Shown: piece after piece, positions 54,760-61,856 of the stretch | Position numbering within the stretch: the first letter of the stretch is position 1 | Layout: the number at the start of each line of letters is the position of its first letter | DNA from: Methanobacteriota archaeon | Lineage (GTDB): Archaea; Thermoplasmatota; Poseidoniia; Poseidoniales; Thalassarchaeaceae | DNA length: 64,000 nucleotides | NCBI GenBank assembly: GCA_014240285.1 | Contig: JAAZXI010000002.1 | Span: 3,184-67,183 of the forward strand | Direction of reading: 5' to 3' | The notes under the pieces: model-generated | What the model saw: the letters and a program-made list of their open reading frames with translations, nothing else | Database searches by the model: none | What the model was told of the DNA's origin: nothing | Translations under genes and position numbers: made by a program

Positions 54760-55546
54760 TTAGTTCTGCTGCTTGAGATGCAGGATGGCCTTCATGGACT
54801 ATCATTCTGAGGGCTTCGACACGTGCAGCTACTTCGTTAGATGAGAAAATCTGCCTCCCCATACAAACTCCTGCACCTCCTGCAGATATGGCATCGTCGA
54901 CGATTTGAAGCAAATCTGTGAATGACCCTCCAGACGGGCCTCCGGCAATCAGAACCGGTATCGGTACTGCCTTTGTGACGGTTCTGAATGATTCGAGAGA
55001 GCCTGTCCAAGGGACCTTTACGGCGTGGCATCCTAGTTCCCATGCCAATCTGGCGGCGTGGGCGACGCCTCCCGTGTTGTCATCTTCTGGGACAATTAGA
55101 TTCGGTCCACGAGGGTAAACCATGCCTAGAACTGGCATCCCTATGGGAAATGCCTGAGACGTCAATCCCCCTAGTGACTTAATCATCTCAGACTCATAGA
55201 TTGAACCAAGATTGACCTGCCCGGATACACCCATCGCCCCTCGCTGCCAGCATTCCTCTGCGGTAGCGACACTCACCTTAGATTGAGAGCGTTCTCCTCC
55301 GTGGATAGTAGATGCGGAAACATGGCATACGAACCCGCCCCAGCCCGTTGCATCTGCATGATGGCTGAGCGCGCCCTTGTGCAGTACAATAGCATCGGCC
55401 CCTCCTGATATGACTGCATCCACTAGAGAATCCATTCTCTCGAGGCCTTTCTCAGGATAACCTGAGATACCGTGGTCTAAGGGCACCCATACTCCCTTTC
55501 CTCCGGGGAGAATCCTAGCGAGCCTGTCCTCGAGAGTATCTGCCAT
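54749..55546 (-). CDS. aroA': 2-amino-3,7-dideoxy-D-threo-hept-6-ulosonate (ADH) synthase, DhnA-type class I aldolase
   Basis: 265 aa with the class I aldolase family layout (VPLDHGIS, AVKVPWTG). Its position immediately upstream of DHQS II supports the call. Confidence 0.8.
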   Translation of the reverse strand: MADTLEDRLARILPGGKGVWVPLDHGISGYPEKGLERMDSLVDAVISGGADAIVLHKGALSHHADATGWGGFVCHVSASTIHGGERSQSKVSVATAEECWQRGAMGVSGQVNLGSIYESEMIKSLGGLTSQAFPIGMPVLGMVYPRGPNLIVPEDDNTGGVAHAARLAWELGCHAVKVPWTGSLESFRTVTKAVPIPVLIAGGPSGGSFTDLLQIVDDAISAGGAGVCMGRQIFSSNEVAARVEALRMIVHEGHPASQAAELIEE

Positions 55547-55606
55547 ACATACTCGCTAGTGCATCATCACTTGAAAGATGGCGTATTCATGCATTTGCCG
55601 GAACAC

Positions 55607-55625
55607 CCGCTCCCATAGGGAGCGG
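55607..55625 (-). terminator. GC-rich hairpin CCGCTCCC-ata-GGGAGCGG immediately after the xth stop
   Basis: A perfect 8-bp stem with a 3-nt loop. It begins 2 nt from the xth stop codon. The function is inferred. Confidence 0.4.
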
Positions 55626-55626
55626 A

Positions 55627-56409
55627 CTACATTTCAAGGTCGATGATTAGTGGCGCGTGATCAGAAATAACCAGACCACCCTCGCGAAGCACCTCGGCGG
55701 ATCTGAAGAGAGATCTGGCAGCCGAGTTGGCGAGCACGTAGTCTATTCTCCATCCACGGTCCAGCTCCCTTGCCCTACCACGGTTCGACCACCATGTGTA
55801 TGGCCCCTTGCCCGAACCGACGTGGATCCTCAACAGGTCGTGCCAACCGTTGTCGAGCAATCGGGTGAACCACTCACGTTCATGGCCGAGGAACCCGGAT
55901 GTCTTCCGGTTGCCCGACGGGTTCCAGATGTCATCCTCTTCATGGGCGATGTTGAGGTCGCCGCAGAGTAGTGCGGGTTCGTCTGAGTCGGTGAAACGCT
56001 TGGACCATACCAGCATGTCCTCAATCCATCTGTCCTTGTACGCCTGACGTTCGAGGCTAGATGAGCCGTTAGGCAAGTACATGTTGACGCAGTGCAAATT
56101 TCCGTGCTTGGTGTGCAATACCCTGCCATCAGGATCGCGAATCTCGTCGAGCTCTGTGTCAATTCCACGTCCGACCTCAGAAAGGCCCACTCGTGAACAA
56201 GTCATCACGCCCGCGTAGCCCTTCTTCTGAGCCGGATGCCAGAGAACCTCGTGATCCTCCGGAGGCGCCCAGTCTGAGGGCATCTGCTCCGGGAGGGCCC
56301 GTGTCTCTTGGAACAGCCAGATGTCTGCGTCGATTCTGTCAACGAAACCTGCTAGGCCCTTGCGATGGGCTGCCCTGATGCCATTGAGGTTCCAAGTGAC
56401 GACTCGCAC
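55627..56409 (-). CDS. xth: exodeoxyribonuclease III (AP endonuclease)
   Basis: 260 aa. It has MRVVTWNLNGIRA, FQETR, GDLNIAH and SDHAPL. Confidence 0.9.
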   Translation of the reverse strand: MRVVTWNLNGIRAAHRKGLAGFVDRIDADIWLFQETRALPEQMPSDWAPPEDHEVLWHPAQKKGYAGVMTCSRVGLSEVGRGIDTELDEIRDPDGRVLHTKHGNLHCVNMYLPNGSSSLERQAYKDRWIEDMLVWSKRFTDSDEPALLCGDLNIAHEEDDIWNPSGNRKTSGFLGHEREWFTRLLDNGWHDLLRIHVGSGKGPYTWWSNRGRARELDRGWRIDYVLANSAARSLFRSAEVLREGGLVISDHAPLIIDLEM

Positions 56410-56418
56410 AGACCACCG

Positions 56419-58854
56419 CTACTGAGAGAGGTCTTTGACCTTCTCGACGAGGTCCATCCTGCTCACGCGCCAAGTTCCGTAGGGAGTGCATATCACTGAA
56501 ATCACAACGACGACCAAAATGAGCTCTAGTGCGGCCATGATGTCAGGCTGCAACGTGAAGAAGAAAGCCCATTGAACGATTGAGGAGATCATGTACTGGG
56601 CCATGACAATCGTGAACACCGCAGCCAGTACTCCTCCAATCACCCCGATTGCTAGGTGCTCACCTAGCATCATCGACCTAATCCTCGAAATAGGTGCGCC
56701 AAGTACTCGGAGAGTGGCCAACTCCGAGTCGCGCTCGGAGAGATTCATCAACAGAGTGTTGAAGAGTACTGCAATGGCTATGATGACTCCCAATCCAAGA
56801 ATAGCGTTGAAGATTCCTTGTTGCTTCTCAAGCAGCGAGTCGAAGGAGTCCAACATATCCTGCTTCTGGGTGATACCGATTGACATCTCGCCTATCTGTT
56901 CGTCCAATTCGACACCTTCTGGCAGACTCAAAAGTACTGTCGTTGCTTCGAGTCCTATGGCATCAGAGAGGTCTGAGCGGTGGAAGTAGACAGTTCGAGA
57001 GAGTTCGCCTCTAGTTACCCCGGCAATCTCGACATCGAGAGAGAACGGCCCGAACATGACGGTCTGAGTCTGACCGACCTCCCACTCGAGGAACATCATG
57101 GTCCCCTCGTCGACCAGCACCTGAGTGATGGTGGCTCCGGCGACAGGAAGTGAGCCCTCCAGAAGATTGAGTGGCAACATAGCATCATCGCCGGTCGAGA
57201 TGACATCAAGTCCGTAGGCTAGGAACTGTCTCGTGTCCCCTTCGGCATTCCCTGGGAAAACCAGCATTGACTCATGGTCCACCCCGTTCTCCTCGGCCCA
57301 TCCAATTACCGCGTCCTCCCCTCCGAACGGCACGTTGACCTGAGCGTCCCAGTTCTGACCATCTACTCCGAAAACCTCGCCCATGGAGTCCATCATCAGG
57401 GACATAGTGCCGAAGATTAGCATAGACAGTCCGACGGCGAAGAAAGTGAATATCAGCCTCATCGGCTTCCTCATGCTCGATCTGATGGTCAGACCAACTG
57501 TGGTCGGCAAACGTGAGGTCAGCCTCTGGATTCCCCGTGAGGAGAGTCTGACTTCGTGCTGGCCCCTTAGTATCTCGAGTGGTTGCATTCTCGAAGCATC
57601 GAGTGCCGGTTTAATCCCGGCGATTATGACTACTCCCATCGCGATTACGAAGTTCTGCATAATGAGGGGGGCGTCAGTGTGGAAACCTATGGCCGGGATG
57701 CCTATGATATCCTCGTATATCGAGATCATCGCGGGTCCTCCAAATGCAGCACCCAAGATTATGCCAATAGAGGAGCCAATCAGCCCTATGGCAATAGGTG
57801 CAAGTATGAATCCCGGCATAATCGCCGACTTCGGTATTCCCAACGTTCGCAAGATGGCAATCTCCCTGGCCTGTGACTGAATCAACCTCTGCAGGCTCAG
57901 GAAGATGGTGATACCAGCAACCATCGCAATCATTCCGGTAACGATTGGGTAGCTTTTACTCGCGCCCTCGGCGTCTGCGCGCAGGAATTCGACAGAATCG
58001 ACTCCTGATCTGTCGTAGGCGATGAAGGAGGTGTCGTCGACGGCCATCATGGTGTCCTTGACTGAGGAGATGATTTCGCTCAAACGCTCGCCCTCGTCCT
58101 CTTCGGTCGACTGCAAGTCATACTCAGGCGAACCTACCACGTCTAAGAGGAGAAGGTTGGCCGAGCCAGCGCTGAGGTTGGCCAGACGCTCAATCCCAGT
58201 ATCGGAGAGATATCCAGTAGCAAAGGTGCCCGGATCGGCAGGGAGAATTGAGCCTGACTGGGAGAAGTAGAGGTGCTGAGAGTGGTACCCAATCCCGACC
58301 ACTGTGAAGTTCATACTGCCATGTCCGGCACCTATCGATACGGTGTCTCCGATGCCAATCTCCATCCCCGAGGCTGCGTGCTCGTCGAGTACTATCTCGT
58401 CATCTGCAGAGGCGAGTCTTCCTGAACAGCAGTCATTCTCTGGCATCCATACTCGATCGACTCGGCCCTCGTCGATGCCGTGCCACACTGCCGGAATCAA
58501 TTTCTCCTCGCCCTCGTCAATATGGAACATCAGCCCATCGACGACCATTCTGGGCTCACAGGCCTCTAGAGGCATTGAGACATCGGGCCATTGCTCAGAG
58601 ATGGTCTGGCATAGCGAGGCGGCGGTAGCTCCGTCCCAAGTCGCTGCTGAGTTCTCGACCCAAATGTCAGGGAGGTTGATTCCGTTCTCATCGTCAGCGT
58701 ATATGTTGTCATATAGGGTCTGAGTAGAATTGGCGTATGTGCCGAAGGAGATTCCCGCGAAGACGCCGACGACAATCATCAGGATGACGGAGTAGAGCCT
58801 GAGCTTGGTTCGCCACAGACTCCTAGCCAACCGCTTCGTCAGGAGTGTTGACAC
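56419..58854 (-). CDS. ABC transporter permease, MacB/FtsX-type (two FtsX domains)
   Basis: 811 aa. There are two 4-TM FtsX-like blocks, each preceded by a large extracytoplasmic domain. Confidence 0.85.
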   Translation of the reverse strand: MSTLLTKRLARSLWRTKLRLYSVILMIVVGVFAGISFGTYANSTQTLYDNIYADDENGINLPDIWVENSAATWDGATAASLCQTISEQWPDVSMPLEACEPRMVVDGLMFHIDEGEEKLIPAVWHGIDEGRVDRVWMPENDCCSGRLASADDEIVLDEHAASGMEIGIGDTVSIGAGHGSMNFTVVGIGYHSQHLYFSQSGSILPADPGTFATGYLSDTGIERLANLSAGSANLLLLDVVGSPEYDLQSTEEDEGERLSEIISSVKDTMMAVDDTSFIAYDRSGVDSVEFLRADAEGASKSYPIVTGMIAMVAGITIFLSLQRLIQSQAREIAILRTLGIPKSAIMPGFILAPIAIGLIGSSIGIILGAAFGGPAMISIYEDIIGIPAIGFHTDAPLIMQNFVIAMGVVIIAGIKPALDASRMQPLEILRGQHEVRLSSRGIQRLTSRLPTTVGLTIRSSMRKPMRLIFTFFAVGLSMLIFGTMSLMMDSMGEVFGVDGQNWDAQVNVPFGGEDAVIGWAEENGVDHESMLVFPGNAEGDTRQFLAYGLDVISTGDDAMLPLNLLEGSLPVAGATITQVLVDEGTMMFLEWEVGQTQTVMFGPFSLDVEIAGVTRGELSRTVYFHRSDLSDAIGLEATTVLLSLPEGVELDEQIGEMSIGITQKQDMLDSFDSLLEKQQGIFNAILGLGVIIAIAVLFNTLLMNLSERDSELATLRVLGAPISRIRSMMLGEHLAIGVIGGVLAAVFTIVMAQYMISSIVQWAFFFTLQPDIMAALELILVVVVISVICTPYGTWRVSRMDLVEKVKDLSQ

Positions 58855-58863
58855 CTGAGCACC

Positions 58864-59655
58864 TCATTCAATCGTGCTGTCGGACGTCACCCTTCCACTG
58901 TCCAACCTGACGGCCCTAGTCGCATAATCGACCAGAGACTCGTCATGAGTCACAAAAACGCAGGTTATTCCCTCGGCCTCACAGGCCTTGATTAGTACCT
59001 CCATCACCATCGACGAGGTCTTGGAGTCGAGGTTTCCGGTCAGTTCGTCACCGAGTAACAGACGAGGCCTCTTTGCGAGGCTCCTCGCGATAGCGACTCT
59101 CTGCTGCTGCCCCCCGCTAATTTCGGCGGGGAATCGGTCAACCTCCCTCTCTAGGCCAACGAGTTCGAGCAGATGGCGGGCTCTAGCCTCGTCAGGGCCG
59201 TCAGAAAGCTCCTGAATCAGCATGATGTTCTCAAGAACTGTCAGGTCCTGTAGAAGATTGAAAAACTGGAAAACGTAACCGATATTTTCTCTCCTGAAAG
59301 AGGTCATCTCCTCGCTTGCTTTGGCGGCTGGCCTTAATCGTGTGAAATAATCGATTGGAAACATCATTAGGGATACGAGTGGACGGATTATGAACCAGGG
59401 TCGTTGGGGTTTTGGGGGTAAATCAAGGCCTTTCGGAACCTCCTTTCCCTGAAAATGGTAGGTGCCACCAGTTGGCGTGTCTAATGCGGAGAGACAGTTC
59501 AGGAGGGTCGTCTTGCCCGATCCAGATGGTCCGAGAAGGATGACCCTCTCGCCTTCGGATATTTCCAAATCGACTCCATCCAGTGCTCTCACCGTTCCAG
59601 AGGCCATATGGTAATGCCTCTCCAAACCCTGCATACTCACCAGTGGCACAGACAT
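58864..59655 (-). CDS. ABC transporter ATP-binding protein (MacB/LolD-like) with an inserted hydrophobic segment
   Basis: 263 aa. It has Walker A GPSGSGKTT, the Q-loop region YVFQFFNLL, the signature ISGGQQQRVAIAR, and Walker B LLLGDE. About 38 extra aa lie between Walker A and the Q-loop. Confidence 0.9.
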   Translation of the reverse strand: MSVPLVSMQGLERHYHMASGTVRALDGVDLEISEGERVILLGPSGSGKTTLLNCLSALDTPTGGTYHFQGKEVPKGLDLPPKPQRPWFIIRPLVSLMMFPIDYFTRLRPAAKASEEMTSFRRENIGYVFQFFNLLQDLTVLENIMLIQELSDGPDEARARHLLELVGLEREVDRFPAEISGGQQQRVAIARSLAKRPRLLLGDELTGNLDSKTSSMVMEVLIKACEAEGITCVFVTHDESLVDYATRAVRLDSGRVTSDSTIE

Positions 59656-59712
59656 CGAACTACTCCGTAGTTCGCTGAGGGGTGCTACTAATCAACTTCT
59701 TGACGAATCAAT

Positions 59713-61809
59713 TCACGCCTCGGACGCGCCAGCGAAGAAGGCCATGGAATCACGGAACAGCTCCTCTCTTCGCCTCATCTTATTATCCCGTATTTTGAGC
59801 CAGGTGAATGCCACTGCCAGAATCAATAACACGGGGACCACTGCCTCAGCATGGTACCTCTCCATGAACTCGATAATGCCCCTGGCTGTGTAAGCCCAGG
59901 TCAGAGATGCCGCGCTCCCACCGATTAGGCAGGCTGCAAACACCCTCTCGAAGGGCATTCTAGCTACCAAACCCAGCATGGCCCCTACCAACACGCCACT
60001 GGCCATGAACGGAATCCATACGAAGACAATTAGTCCCCAATAGCCGTAGCGATCTATCCTGTTCTGATTCTTGTGGGCGACGTACTCAACAGAGGACAGG
60101 ATATCCCCCATGAACGGGTTCTGCAGCAACGCGCCTGCGATTCCTCCTCTCTTTGCGACCATCGCCTCTCCAGAGAACTCCCTGTCGCCCTGCTCTACCC
60201 TGCCAGCGATAGCTCGGTCTGCTAGGGTAGACTTCTCATTGCGCGCGCTTACCATCAGGGCGCGTCCATGTAAGTGGGGATTGAGGTCTGCCGATAGGTG
60301 ACTCTCCAAGTCGTCCTGTAGGTCCTTGTAGGACGGCTTGAACAAGAAATATGCAAAGCGCTGGACTGGGCGGTATATCACACGGACGAAGACTGCTTCC
60401 TCATCGGCCATGATAGCAGTCCCAAAATCTACAAGATTGTGCTTTCGGAACCAGCGTGCTATGCTCTCGTGAGCTGCAGTGTCAAGCCTTCCGAAGGCAC
60501 TGATGTCGGTGAAGAAACTGCTGTAGTCCTCGGCCAGCGGAGCCATTCCAGAATCACTGAAGAAGAACTCTGGGCCCAGTGAGGTCATGTCAGTCGAGGT
60601 CGATGTGTCCATGCACACGGCCTTCATCTGCAGCGGTCGCATCTCGCCAAAGATAGCGAACTCCTCAAGCAGTTCCTTGGTTATCTCTGTGCGAACGTCG
60701 ATAGGGGTCGCGATGGTCTTACCAGTGGTAGTATATTGAAGGTAGACATCTATCGATATCGGTCTGTCCTGCAACTTCATCTCATCGAAGTCGATTTCGA
60801 AGCGTAGGTCTTGCGAAACCCTTTGTATCGTCCTCTCGATTAGCCTCCTCATCTGAGTGGTTGACAGCAAGTCGCCCGTCTCCCTGTGGTACAGTCTGTG
60901 CATCAGGGGGTACTGTACACACAAGAAAAAGATGGACATGCCAAGAGATACCAGAGCGAGCCACCAAGGCGGGACTCCTACGTCACCACCCCACAGCATC
61001 GCAGTCTCTCTACCTCCTGCCCACTCTAATCCCATCAAGACCCAACCCTTCTCACCCATATCTTCGATTGAAAGACAGGCCCTAGGCTCTGAATCAGTGA
61101 CATCTGCCTCCTTGGAATCGACGCGGTTTCCCAATAGCCAATCGAGCAGGTTGCCGGTCTTCACCGTGTGGACCTCTACCGAGATTTGTTTCGTCTTGAG
61201 GACTGTCAGTGTGTCCAAGATAGCCATGAACTCACTCTCGTTGTCGATCTCTGAGAGAGGCTCTTCTGAATCTGATAGATACAGAGTTGATTTGAGGGAG
61301 TACTTTCCATCGGGAATCTCCTCGTCAAGGATTAACTCCGATCTGATATCGCCCCAACCACCTTCGTAGGAGGCTATCAAAGGTACTTCGGTTTCGGTTG
61401 AGGTCAACGCTGCGACCAACATCGTTGAACCATCGGGCGCATTGTTCGACTTGACTACGACTTCATCATGAGAGGCCCAGATGTTGATCCACACCTCGCC
61501 CTGTCGGTCGGTGCACTCGCCACCGGTGTCAAGAGGGGTCTTGGACAAGGCCTGGTCAATGATGATGGAATCCGATGCCAACAAACCCGTGGACATCACC
61601 ATCATGCCACCGAAGAAGACGGCTCCGGCGATGACCCCGAATACCAGGGTCCAGTCATCGAATGTACCACGGAAGAAACCAGTCTGACCGGTGCGGCGCT
61701 GTCGGATTCGGTCAAGCTCCCTGTCTATGGGAGATAGGTCCGAGGAATCCTGTGAGAGTTCTGCCGCTGCCGCTGCCGTCACGGTCACGGCAGGTAAAGA
61801 GGGTCTCAT
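59713..61809 (-). CDS. large membrane protein of unknown function (C-terminal COG2426-like small-exporter-type 4-TM block)
   Basis: 698 aa. TM1 is at ~55-75, followed by a ~200-aa extracytoplasmic segment, TM2 at ~285-305, a ~280-aa soluble domain, and C-terminal helices YWGLIVFVWIPFMASGVLVGAMLGLV. Confidence 0.55.
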   Translation of the reverse strand: MRPSLPAVTVTAAAAAELSQDSSDLSPIDRELDRIRQRRTGQTGFFRGTFDDWTLVFGVIAGAVFFGGMMVMSTGLLASDSIIIDQALSKTPLDTGGECTDRQGEVWINIWASHDEVVVKSNNAPDGSTMLVAALTSTETEVPLIASYEGGWGDIRSELILDEEIPDGKYSLKSTLYLSDSEEPLSEIDNESEFMAILDTLTVLKTKQISVEVHTVKTGNLLDWLLGNRVDSKEADVTDSEPRACLSIEDMGEKGWVLMGLEWAGGRETAMLWGGDVGVPPWWLALVSLGMSIFFLCVQYPLMHRLYHRETGDLLSTTQMRRLIERTIQRVSQDLRFEIDFDEMKLQDRPISIDVYLQYTTTGKTIATPIDVRTEITKELLEEFAIFGEMRPLQMKAVCMDTSTSTDMTSLGPEFFFSDSGMAPLAEDYSSFFTDISAFGRLDTAAHESIARWFRKHNLVDFGTAIMADEEAVFVRVIYRPVQRFAYFLFKPSYKDLQDDLESHLSADLNPHLHGRALMVSARNEKSTLADRAIAGRVEQGDREFSGEAMVAKRGGIAGALLQNPFMGDILSSVEYVAHKNQNRIDRYGYWGLIVFVWIPFMASGVLVGAMLGLVARMPFERVFAACLIGGSAASLTWAYTARGIIEFMERYHAEAVVPVLLILAVAFTWLKIRDNKMRRREELFRDSMAFFAGASEA

Positions 61810-61856
61810 AGCCCTGTCCCCAAGAGGGGACAGGGACTATACAATTCACAGCCCAT

